This document shows positions 31,929 through 40,555 of a stretch of 64,000 nucleotides of DNA, piece after piece. Made by a program: the position numbers and the translations under genes. Source of the DNA: Kiloniellaceae bacterium (GTDB lineage: Bacteria > Pseudomonadota > Alphaproteobacteria > Kiloniellales > J153); assembly GCA_046758005.1 (NCBI GenBank), contig JBHHZJ010000007.1:163-64162 (forward strand), written 5' to 3'. The notes beneath the pieces were generated by a model. That model made no database searches. It was not told the DNA's origin and saw nothing but the letters and a program-made list of their open reading frames with translations. Positions within the stretch are counted from its first letter, which is position 1. Each line of letters starts with the position of its first letter.

Positions 31929-33047
31929 ATGGCCGTGCTGGTCCACGCCGAACCGTTGCGCCGGCTGGTGCGCGAGATCTTCCTCGCCGCGGGATGCGCC
32001 GCCGACGAGGCCGCCCGGATCGCGAAGTATCTCGTCCGCGCCAACCTGACCGGGCACGACAGCCACGGCGTGATCCGCGTGCCGCGCTACGTCCGGTGGA
32101 TGGACGAGGGCAGGCTCAAGCCCGGCCAAACCATCACGATCGTCACGCAAAACGACGCCATGGCCGTCATCGAAGGCAACGCCGGCTTCGGTCAGACCAT
32201 CGGGCCGCAGGCGGTGCGGCTCGGCATCGAGAAGGCCCGGAGGTTCGGCGTTTCGGTGATCGCCTTGCGCCACTCGGGGCATCTGGGGCGGATCGGGGAT
32301 TGGGCCGAGATGGCCGTCGAGGCGGGACTGGTTTCGATCCACCTCGTCAACGTCTCGGGCAGTCTTCTGGTCGCGCCCTTCGGCGCGGTCCAGCGGCGCA
32401 TGGCGACGAACCCCCTGGCCATCGGCGTGCCGCGGCCCGACGCGCCGCCGCTCATTCTCGACTTCGCGACCTCGGTGGTCGCCGAGGGCAAGATTCTGGT
32501 CGCGTTCGACGGCGGCAAGCCGCTGCCCGAGGGCAGCCTGATCGGCGACGACGGCCGTCTGAGCGATGATCCCGCGGTGTTCTACGGCCCCAGGCGGGAG
32601 GGCCGGCCGCCGGATCCGCGGTTCGGCTCCGGTGCGATCCGGGCGATGGGGGAGCACAAGGGCTCGGGCCTTTCCTTCATGATCGAACTGCTGGCCGGGG
32701 CCTTGACCGGCTCGGGCTGTGCGGGGCCCGGCGAGCGCCCGCTGGTCAACGGGATGTTGTCCCTCTACCTGGCTCCCGAGGTTTTCGACGCGGACAACGG
32801 CTTCGCGGCCGAGATCAGGCGGTACGTGGATTTTTTCAAGAGCGCCAAGGCGGCGGCGCCCGACGGCGAGGTGCTCGTGCCGGGCGAGCCGGAGCGCAGG
32901 ACCCGGGAGGCGCGCCTCGCCCGGGGCATTCCGCTACCGGAGGACACCTGGCAGGAGATCCTCGGCAGCGCGCGAAAGGTCGGCCTGCGCCGGGACCGCA
33001 TCGACGCCGCGCTTGCCGGCGCGCCCGGCGCACAAACGGGGGATTGA
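31929..33047 (+). CDS. Ldh_2 family (malate/L-lactate/sulfolactate-type) oxidoreductase
   Basis: Start at the internal ATG. LTGHDSHGVIRVPRYV and HSGHLGR motifs typical of Ldh_2 family enzymes. Confidence 0.82.
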   Translation: MAVLVHAEPLRRLVREIFLAAGCAADEAARIAKYLVRANLTGHDSHGVIRVPRYVRWMDEGRLKPGQTITIVTQNDAMAVIEGNAGFGQTIGPQAVRLGIEKARRFGVSVIALRHSGHLGRIGDWAEMAVEAGLVSIHLVNVSGSLLVAPFGAVQRRMATNPLAIGVPRPDAPPLILDFATSVVAEGKILVAFDGGKPLPEGSLIGDDGRLSDDPAVFYGPRREGRPPDPRFGSGAIRAMGEHKGSGLSFMIELLAGALTGSGCAGPGERPLVNGMLSLYLAPEVFDADNGFAAEIRRYVDFFKSAKAAAPDGEVLVPGEPERRTREARLARGIPLPEDTWQEILGSARKVGLRRDRIDAALAGAPGAQTGD

Positions 33048-33049
33048 CG

Positions 33050-33097
33050 CCGACGAGCGAACGAGGTGACCCGGGCGCTCATCGGTATCGGCGCGCC
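33050..33097. repeat. REP-like hairpin carrying the GCGCTCATCGGTATC core
   Basis: CCGACGAGCG (33050-33059) pairs with CGCTCATCGG (33076-33085) with one mismatch. The 3' arm GCGCTCATCGGTATCGGCGCGCC matches the element at 42017-42068. Confidence 0.45.
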
Positions 33098-33117
33098 GGG
33101 TCGGCCCAGGGCGGCGG

Positions 33118-33825
33118 TTAGTGGATCTCCGCGGAGGCGGCCATGGCCCGCTTCAAGGCCTCGATGTCGAAGCCGGGACTCCTGCAGGCATCGAGGATCA
33201 CCTTCTCGCGGCGCGCGATGAGATCGACCGCGCTGGGAAGCTCGCGCGCGATGGCGGCCGGGACGACGACGGCACCGTGCCGGTCGGCGTGGATCAGGTC
33301 GCCGTGGCGCACGGTCATGCCGAACACGTTGACCTCGACGCCGAAGTCGACGACGTGGACGTGGGCGTGGCTCGGGCCGAGGCACCCGCCCAGGATCTGA
33401 AAGCCGGCCGCGAGGTCGTCCACGTCGCGGAACGAGCCGTCGGTCACCGCGCCCACGCAACCGAGCGCCTTGTGGATGTTGCTGTTGACCTCGCCCCAGA
33501 ACGCGCCGAACCCGGGGCGGGCGTCGAGGTCCTGGATCACGCTCACCGTGGGCCCGGGCGGCGCGGCGACATACGCGTAGTACGCGGCCCGGCGCCCGCG
33601 CACCCCTGCGGGCGGCACGGCCGGGGGCTCCACGGCGCGGATCGTGGCCGTGCGGGCGAAGCCGACGATCGGGGCCAGCGACGGGTCGGCGCAGACGAAG
33701 GGCCGCGACGTGAACCCGACGGTCCGCCGTTCGGGCGCGAGCACCTCGATGGCGTTGCAGATGGTCGGGGTATCGTGGCGCCGCAGCGCGTCGAGATCGT
33801 CTCGGGTCGGTTCGGATGCGCTCAT
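33118..33825 (-). CDS. RraA-family protein (4-hydroxy-4-methyl-2-oxoglutarate aldolase-like)
   Basis: 235 aa. RraA-like motifs (TPTICNAIE, FWGEVNS, GAVTDGSFRD, HADRHGAVVVP). Confidence 0.8.
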   Translation of the reverse strand: MSASEPTRDDLDALRRHDTPTICNAIEVLAPERRTVGFTSRPFVCADPSLAPIVGFARTATIRAVEPPAVPPAGVRGRRAAYYAYVAAPPGPTVSVIQDLDARPGFGAFWGEVNSNIHKALGCVGAVTDGSFRDVDDLAAGFQILGGCLGPSHAHVHVVDFGVEVNVFGMTVRHGDLIHADRHGAVVVPAAIARELPSAVDLIARREKVILDACRSPGFDIEALKRAMAASAEIH

Positions 33826-33907
33826 GGGGTCGGAGTCGTCCTCGATGGAGCCACGCGGGGTGACCGGGATGCGCGCCGCGCGGCCCGTGTTTTCAGTCCC
33901 GTGTTTT

Positions 33908-34711
33908 TCAGCACTGGCCGGATCCGGTTTCGCGGCCGGCCTCGCCCTCGGCGCCTTCGCGCAGGGCGCTCACGGTGCGCTTCGCGACGCCGGCCAGCAG
34001 GGCGTTATCGGAGAGAACCGTGACGAGCCGGAACCCGAGGTCGATCATCCTGCGGGCGTACTCCGTGGACCCGCAGTGGATGCCGGCCGCGACGCCGTGC
34101 CTCTTCGCCGAGGCCAGAATCCGCTCGATCGCCGCGACGACCTTCGGGTCGGTCTGGTCGGGTTTGGGCGTCCCGCCAAGCGATAATCCGAGGTCCGACG
34201 GCCCGATGTAGATGCCGTCGAGCCCCGGTACGCTCATGATCTCGTCCAGGTTGTCGAGGGCCGTCCGGGTTTCGATCATCGCGATGGCGAGCACCGTCTC
34301 GTTCGCCTTCCGCGGATAGTCCGGCCCGGCGTACATCAAGGCGCGCAGCGGCCCGAAGCTGCGATAGCCCTGCGGCGCGTAGCGGCAGGCGCCGACCAGG
34401 GCTTCCGCCTGCGCCCGGGTGTTGATCATCGGGCAGATGACGCCGTAGGCGCCGGCGTCGAGCATCTTCATGACGTAGCCCGGATCGAGCCAGGGCACGC
34501 GCGTCATCGGCATCGTGTCGGTCGTGGAGATCGCCTGCAGCATGGTGACCGCCGCCTGATAGTCGACGATTCCGTGCTGCTGATCGACCGTCAGCGAGTC
34601 CCAGCCCTGGTGCGCCATCGTTTCCGCCGACACGCTGCTCGGTATGGCCAGCCAGCCGTTGACGACGGCGCCGCCGCCGCGCCAGATCGTGCGAATCCGG
34701 TTTTCCCGCAT
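33908..34711 (-). CDS. HpcH/HpaI family class II aldolase
   Basis: 267 aa. WDSLTVDQQHG, ETRTALDNLDEI and IGPSDL motifs of the HpcH/HpaI aldolase family. Confidence 0.85.
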   Translation of the reverse strand: MRENRIRTIWRGGGAVVNGWLAIPSSVSAETMAHQGWDSLTVDQQHGIVDYQAAVTMLQAISTTDTMPMTRVPWLDPGYVMKMLDAGAYGVICPMINTRAQAEALVGACRYAPQGYRSFGPLRALMYAGPDYPRKANETVLAIAMIETRTALDNLDEIMSVPGLDGIYIGPSDLGLSLGGTPKPDQTDPKVVAAIERILASAKRHGVAAGIHCGSTEYARRMIDLGFRLVTVLSDNALLAGVAKRTVSALREGAEGEAGRETGSGQC

Positions 34712-34768
34712 TGGAGCCTCCCCGCGTTGTGCGATACGTTCTCACTTTACGCGCGATCGGGGCAAGCT

Positions 34769-37492
34769 TCACGGACCCCCGGCTCGCGCGGCGCGCCGTC
34801 GCGCCCGCCACGCAAGCAGAGCGGGCAGCACGACGAGCGTGCACGCCAACGCAAGGGTCAGGGAGACGGCAAGAAGCTCGCCCATGCCGGCGGTCCCGCG
34901 ATGGCTCGAAACCATCAGGCTTCCGAACGAGGCCATGGTGGTCAGCGCGCTGAACAGAACCGCGCGGGGCGTGCTCGTCCTGAACAGCTCGCCGACGTGC
35001 GCCACTTCGCGGTGGCGCAGCACCAGGTAAATGCCGAACGCCACGCCGAGGCCGAACAACAGGGGCAGGGCGATGATGTTGGCGAAGTTCAGCGGTATCC
35101 CGGCCAGCACCATGATCGCCCCCGTGAGGAGCGCCGCGAGCACCAAGGGTGACAGAACCAGAAGCGTATCCCGCAGGCTGCGCAGCACGATCAATAGCAC
35201 GACCGCGATCGAAGCAATGGCCAGCGCGCCGGCCGTCTCGAAGGCGCCGATCACGGTGTCGCCTCCCTTGGCGAGCAGCACGGGATGGCCGGTCGACTTG
35301 GGCGCGACCTCGCTTATTCTCGCCACGAAACGATGGAGGGCGGCCGGGTCGGTCAGACGCTCGGCGGGCATGATCTGGACGAGCGCGCGTCCGTCCGGCG
35401 CCACGAAGCGGGCGCGCAGGTCGTCCGGCAGGTCGCCCAGGCTGACGGGCTCGGCCTCCAGGCCCTCGCGGAGCCTCTCGAGGCGCCCCGGCAGAGTCGA
35501 GATCAGCGCTCCCTCCAGCGCGCTGTAGGCGGCGGCGTCCGCGCCCGCGCGCGCGACAAATCGGCCGAGCAACGCGCCGAGGCGTCGCGCCGGCTCGGCC
35601 AGCACTCCGGCGTTGGGCGAGTCCGACAGGGCCTCGAGCCGGCGCTGAAACCGCTCGGTCGCCTCCTGCCGCTCGGCCGGCGTGGGCGGCGGCTTGGGCT
35701 GCGCGACCTGCAGCGCCGGGAGCAGGAACAGCGCCATGCTCTCGATGATGCCGAGCTTCTCCTCCTGGTCCTCGGGCACGAACGAGCGCAGGGTCAACGC
35801 CTGGTCCACGACCGTCAGCTTCTCCAAGCGCTCGGCCAGGGCGGCGGCGGCGTCCAGGCTCGCGGTCACGACCTTCGCCGAATACGGTGACGTGCTGGCC
35901 TCCTGCGTCAGGTCCAGGTATGTCTGCACGGACTCGGTGTCCGGATCCTTGAGATGGATCGGATCGAAGTCGAAACGCAACGCAGGCAGCGCGGTCAACG
36001 CAACCAGCCCGGCCGCGGCGGCGCCGAGGACGATGGCGCGCGCGTGACGATGAACGAAGGTCCCGAGCGCCGCCCCGCTGCGGCGTTCGAGGAGCGGCGA
36101 CCCGGGCTTGAGCGGCATCAGCGACAGGATCGCCGGCAGCACGGTCATGGCGCTGAAAAGCCCGATCGCCATGCCCGTTCCGGCGATGATTCCGAGCTCG
36201 GACAGCCCGAGGTAGGCGGTCGGCACGAAGGCGAAGAAGCCCAGCGCCGCGCACAGGGCGGCAAGGGTGACCGCGACGCCGGTGTTCGCCGCGGCTTGGC
36301 GCAACGCCTCGGCGTGACCTAGCCCGCCATCGACGCCCTCCCGATACCGCAGGCCGAACTGGATACTGAAATCGATCGCCAGGCCGATGAACAACACCGC
36401 GAACGTCACCGAAAGAAGGTTGAGGTGCCCGACGGTCACGGCCGCGGCCGCGGCGGTCCAGGTCAGGCCTATGACCAGGGCCGCCACCGTACCCAGAACC
36501 AGCCTGGGCGAGCGCAGCCCGATGAACGCCAGCGCCGAGACGAGAAGAAGCGAAATCACCCCGGCCAGGCCGACGCTTCCGCGCACGCTCTGGAGCTCCT
36601 CCTCGCGCAGGGGCACGCCGCCGGTCAGGCGAACGCGCACGCCGTGCGTACCGGTCAGGCCGAGGTCCCGCGCCGCCTGGCGGATGGTCGCGATCGCCGT
36701 GCTCCCGGGGCGGAGCGTGGCATAGTCCACAGTCGGCTGGGTTATGATGATCGCGCGGCGGTCGGAGGCGCCCGAATCCTCTCCTGCCATGAGGTCGCGC
36801 CAGCTCAACCGGGCGTCCCGCCCGTCGAGGCGCGCCGCCACCGTATCGCCAATCATCCGGAACACCCGGACCAGCGGCGCGGGATCCTTCTCCCCCGTCG
36901 CCACGTTTTCGGCGGCCTCGTCGAGGAGATCGAAAAGGCCGCGCAGGCTCATGTCTTCCGCGAGCCTGGAGATGAGCGGCTGCGCGTCCGCCAAACGGTC
37001 CGCGAGATCCTCGAGCTCGTCCACGCCGATATACAGCAATCCGTTGCGACGGAAGAACGGATGCCCGGCCGGGTAGAACACGGTCTTGAACAGACCGGTC
37101 TGCGAGCCCAGCGTCGCGGCGAGCTTTTCGGCCGCATCGTCGGCCTGGTCGGGGGTATTCCCCTCGACCACGATGACGATATTGTCGTCGTACTGGGGAA
37201 ACGCCTCCTGAAACGCCAGGAAGTTCTTGCGGTAGGGGAGCTCCGGCGAGAGCATCGCCGCGATGTCGGTGTGCACCGCAAGGTGGGTGGCCGCATAGTA
37301 ACCGGCCGCCACGCATGAAAGGACGGCGGCGAGCACCACCGGCCAGGCGAAGCGGCGCACGCCGTCCACCCATCGCGAAAGGCCCCGGGAGACCAGTCGA
37401 CCAAAGCGCGCGGCGAGGGTAAGGGGCCTCCCGGGCTCGCCACCGCGCCGGTCGCGCGCCGCGGGTCGGGGGCGGTCAATGTGGATGGTCAC
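34769..37492 (-). CDS. MMPL/RND-superfamily exporter, HpnN-like
   Basis: 907 aa with two 6-TM bundles separated by large periplasmic domains. The N-terminal region (HTDIAAMLSPELPYRKNFLAFQEAFPQYDDNIVIVVEG) resembles hopanoid-associated HpnN transporters. GTG start. Confidence 0.85.
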   Translation of the reverse strand: MTIHIDRPRPAARDRRGGEPGRPLTLAARFGRLVSRGLSRWVDGVRRFAWPVVLAAVLSCVAAGYYAATHLAVHTDIAAMLSPELPYRKNFLAFQEAFPQYDDNIVIVVEGNTPDQADDAAEKLAATLGSQTGLFKTVFYPAGHPFFRRNGLLYIGVDELEDLADRLADAQPLISRLAEDMSLRGLFDLLDEAAENVATGEKDPAPLVRVFRMIGDTVAARLDGRDARLSWRDLMAGEDSGASDRRAIIITQPTVDYATLRPGSTAIATIRQAARDLGLTGTHGVRVRLTGGVPLREEELQSVRGSVGLAGVISLLLVSALAFIGLRSPRLVLGTVAALVIGLTWTAAAAAVTVGHLNLLSVTFAVLFIGLAIDFSIQFGLRYREGVDGGLGHAEALRQAAANTGVAVTLAALCAALGFFAFVPTAYLGLSELGIIAGTGMAIGLFSAMTVLPAILSLMPLKPGSPLLERRSGAALGTFVHRHARAIVLGAAAAGLVALTALPALRFDFDPIHLKDPDTESVQTYLDLTQEASTSPYSAKVVTASLDAAAALAERLEKLTVVDQALTLRSFVPEDQEEKLGIIESMALFLLPALQVAQPKPPPTPAERQEATERFQRRLEALSDSPNAGVLAEPARRLGALLGRFVARAGADAAAYSALEGALISTLPGRLERLREGLEAEPVSLGDLPDDLRARFVAPDGRALVQIMPAERLTDPAALHRFVARISEVAPKSTGHPVLLAKGGDTVIGAFETAGALAIASIAVVLLIVLRSLRDTLLVLSPLVLAALLTGAIMVLAGIPLNFANIIALPLLFGLGVAFGIYLVLRHREVAHVGELFRTSTPRAVLFSALTTMASFGSLMVSSHRGTAGMGELLAVSLTLALACTLVVLPALLAWRARRRAARAGGP

Positions 37493-37674
37493 GATCGGTC
37501 CTGCCAGCCGTCGTTACGGACTTGATGCGCGTCCCGCCACGCGTTGCGCGCTCCACGCTGGCCACGTGGTGGCTCCCCCGCAGCTTGTCCAGGGAGCCGG
37601 CACGGCTCGGCCTCGGTCATACGCGCGTCATCCCCATGCTCCCCCGCACGCCCGGCCCGCCGGCCGGCTGTACC

Positions 37675-38847
37675 TCACCGCCTCCTGCCTTGGCAAGGGC
37701 GGCGCGGCGAGACCGAACGGGAGCTCCGCACCGAGCCGCGCCGCCAATGAGGAAGGCCGATGCCTCCAAGTCCGCGCAGGAAGGAGCGTCCCTCCGCCGC
37801 CTGCCACGCCATCAGCCCCGGGAGGCCGACCATGACCTCGCGAGCGCGCTTGCTCAGGGCAAGTGCCAGCATCAGTGCCGGATCCAGGCCGACGATCGCC
37901 CCGAGCGCCATATAGCTGCCTTCCTGGACGCCGAGGGCGCCCGGGACGATGAAGGCGGCGCCCCGCAACACGGCGCTCAGGCCCTCGATCATGAACGCGT
38001 CGAGCACGCCGATGGGGTGCTGAACGAGCACTGATATCAGCCACAGCTCGGCGACCAGGGCGAAGCGAAAGCCGAGCCTGAGGACGCAGGCCCACGCGAT
38101 ACGTCCGGCGTGGCGATGCAGGCCCCGCACCGCCGCGTCGAGCCGCCGCGCCCTTTCGATGAGCGTGCGGCAGCGCCGGTGGCGCAGCGCCGCGGCGGCG
38201 CCCCTGGTGAGAGCGCTGAACATGCCGGCCCGCTGCACGAGGACGAACCCCAGGACGCCGAGCGCGAGCAGCGCCCAGCCCGCCACGGCCGCGAATACGA
38301 CCTTGCTTGGCGCCCCGAGCAGCGGAAGGACCGCCCCGGCCGCCGCGCCCTGGACCACGATCGCCAGCGCCTGGACCGTCTTGTCCAACACCAGCGAGGC
38401 GCCGACCGCCCGGCCGGGATGGCCGGAACCCATCAGCAGCCGCGCTCTCACGACCTCACCGGTCACCCCGCCGCTCGGCAGGAGGCCGTTCACGGACCGC
38501 CCGATCCACATGGCCTTGATAAGCGTGCGCAACCGGGGCGCGGACGGGGCCGGGAAGAGGCATCGCCAGGAAAGCGCCGCCAACGTCAGGGACACCACAT
38601 ACAGGACGGGCAGCCACGCCACGCCCCATCCCAAGCGGCCGGCGATGGCGCCTACCTGGCCGGCCCCCTGCCAAGCAATGAAGCCGACGACGGCCAACAG
38701 CCCGATACACAGCACGGCCGGTGCAAGCAACCTCGTCCACGCCCTGCCCGCACCGCGCTTCGAGGGAACGCACGGACCGGCGCCCGTCCGCTCAAGGCGG
38801 TTTCCCGCGTTCCCCGCGCGCCATACCTCGACGAGCGCGCCTCTCAC
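37675..38847 (-). CDS. UPF0104 / flippase-like (LPG-synthase TM-region family) membrane protein, HpnL-like
   Basis: Polytopic membrane protein with the conserved GxxLPxxGGxGE-like stretch (GRSVNGLLPSGGVTGEVVRARLL) and the C-terminal PGALGVQEG motif of UPF0104. Start (GTG 38847) and the Arg-rich C-terminal tail are uncertain. Confidence 0.72.
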   Translation of the reverse strand: MRGALVEVWRAGNAGNRLERTGAGPCVPSKRGAGRAWTRLLAPAVLCIGLLAVVGFIAWQGAGQVGAIAGRLGWGVAWLPVLYVVSLTLAALSWRCLFPAPSAPRLRTLIKAMWIGRSVNGLLPSGGVTGEVVRARLLMGSGHPGRAVGASLVLDKTVQALAIVVQGAAAGAVLPLLGAPSKVVFAAVAGWALLALGVLGFVLVQRAGMFSALTRGAAAALRHRRCRTLIERARRLDAAVRGLHRHAGRIAWACVLRLGFRFALVAELWLISVLVQHPIGVLDAFMIEGLSAVLRGAAFIVPGALGVQEGSYMALGAIVGLDPALMLALALSKRAREVMVGLPGLMAWQAAEGRSFLRGLGGIGLPHWRRGSVRSSRSVSPRRPCQGRRR

Positions 38848-38905
38848 GCCTCTACGACCAGTCGTCCGGGCGCGCCCGCCCCGGCCGGCAACCGCACCAC
38901 AGCCG

Positions 38906-40171
38906 TCACGGCGACGAAGCCTTCGGCCCCCGGTCGCTCTCGAGGCCGAAGCGCTCGCGATAGGGACGGAACCGGGCTGCCTCCTCCTCGCGGTTCAGTC
39001 CGAAGGCGGACAGGGAGTAGCTGTGGTCCCCGTGCTTGCTTTTTGGGTTTTCCGCAACGAAACGCTTCATTCGCGCAAGCGCCTCCGCACCGAGAGGAAG
39101 GTCGAAGTGCGCATAGATGCGCCGGACCGTCGCGACCGGATCACGGACCAAATTGGGGTAACGAACGTCGAAAAATTGGTCGCGCATGCTCCCCAAGGTT
39201 TCCCTGGCCCGGATCGCCCGCTCGACGCCGCGCTCCCAACGGTTGGCCACCTCGGCGCCGATTTCCGGAAGATCGACGAAGTCGCTGAAGACGCGTTGCA
39301 GGGCCGCGGTCAGGCTCGCGACCGAGGCCAGGACCGTGACGGGGTCGCGGTGAGTCTGAACCACGAGGGCGTCGGGATATTCCGCGAACAACCGGTCGAG
39401 GGTGAAAAGGTGCGCCGGCGACTTGAGGACCCATCGCTCCGTCGCCGACCGGTATTGCAGATGCTGTAGGAACCGCCGGTGAAAGGCATAGCACGGACGC
39501 TGATCGTAGTGATCGAGCCACCTTTGGTACGACGGTATGCGGTAAGTGGTGTGGAACCGGGGACTGGCGAACGTGTGTGCCGTGATGGCGATGCACTCTT
39601 GCGGCAGCCGGGCGGCCACGGGGTGGATTTTCCTGAACTCGGGCGCGAGGCGATGGAACCAGCGGATTTGCCTGTCGGCCTTCGCTATTTGCGGATTGCT
39701 TTCCGGGTGGCCGTGGTTCGTCGGCGGTGGGGGATACATCGCCTCCCAGGTCAACGGGGCGCGGTTCGCGGGATCCTGGGCCAGCAACCCGTGCAGCAGC
39801 GTCGTCCCGCTGCGCGGCAGTCCGACGATGAACATCGGCCGTCGAATCGCCTGATCGGCGATGCCCGGGTGGCGCTTGCGATCCTCGACCAGCCGCAACC
39901 GGTTGACGAGCAGTTGCATCGTTTCCCACCGGGTGGCGAGACGGCCGAGAAGATTGAGCGAAGCCTCGGCCTCGTACGCGCCGAGCAGGACCCGAAGCGG
40001 CTCTCGGAAGGCCTCGCCGCCGAAATCGTCGAGGGATGCCCGCTGGCGCGCCTCGTCCAGGAGCGCGGATTCATCGAGCGGCGGCGGCGAGAATCCGCAC
40101 CGCGTCAGCACATTGCCGGCGGCATTGAAAGCACTGAAAAGCGCCGAAGGAGCCAGAGGGGGAGAGTGCAT
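38906..40171 (-). CDS. PAPS-dependent sulfotransferase family protein (Sulfotransfer_3-like)
   Basis: 421 aa. 5'-phosphosulfate-binding loop GLPRSGTTLLH and 3'-phosphate-binding motif THRDPVTVLAS. Confidence 0.82.
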   Translation of the reverse strand: MHSPPLAPSALFSAFNAAGNVLTRCGFSPPPLDESALLDEARQRASLDDFGGEAFREPLRVLLGAYEAEASLNLLGRLATRWETMQLLVNRLRLVEDRKRHPGIADQAIRRPMFIVGLPRSGTTLLHGLLAQDPANRAPLTWEAMYPPPPTNHGHPESNPQIAKADRQIRWFHRLAPEFRKIHPVAARLPQECIAITAHTFASPRFHTTYRIPSYQRWLDHYDQRPCYAFHRRFLQHLQYRSATERWVLKSPAHLFTLDRLFAEYPDALVVQTHRDPVTVLASVASLTAALQRVFSDFVDLPEIGAEVANRWERGVERAIRARETLGSMRDQFFDVRYPNLVRDPVATVRRIYAHFDLPLGAEALARMKRFVAENPKSKHGDHSYSLSAFGLNREEEAARFRPYRERFGLESDRGPKASSP

Positions 40172-40555
40172 TGGGCCTCGCTACGATCCGTCAGCCGGAC
40201 CGGATCGATCAGCCCCCTTCACACCTCCCTGAGCCGATGAGCCGGTTCACCAGCACTGTCCATCCCGTGCCTTTCCTCGCGCTCGCGTCGCGCGGCCGCT
40301 TCGTCCGCAGGGCGTGGCATGGCAACGGCTCGGGATGTGACATGCTCTATACATGACATAGGCGAGCGAGGCCGGGGCGTGAAGCAGACATCGCTCACGG
40401 CGGCGTAAAGATTTTGTGAGCGGTCACGTCCTCGACCGGGACGATAAACCGTTCGTGCCGTGCGCGCCGTGCGCGCCGCGGCCGTCGGCAACGACACACG
40501 CGAACGCCATGTCCACGTCCGACGACGCCGGCCGTTTCGGGCGGAACCGCCGGCG

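Noticed and set aside
34005-37373. 1122-aa minus-strand ORF in an alternative frame over the aldolase and RND transporter genes
   Set aside because: It overlaps two confidently assigned genes in a different frame. The product is extremely Arg/Gly/Pro/Ala-rich with no TM or domain signature, so it is a frame-shadow artefact.
34769-38847. Calling the RND/UPF0104 pair a bona fide hopanoid (hpnN/hpnL) locus
   Set aside because: Family resemblance only. No squalene-hopene cyclase, hpnH, hpnG or other hopanoid biosynthesis genes occur in the window, so gene symbols were withheld and the link is kept as a hypothesis.
40455-40482. Short tandem repeat GCCGTGCGC x2 just downstream of the ACAD gene
   Set aside because: Only two 9-nt units, in a GC-rich context. 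This is compatible with chance or slippage and has no flanking structure, so it is not considered a meaningful repeat.
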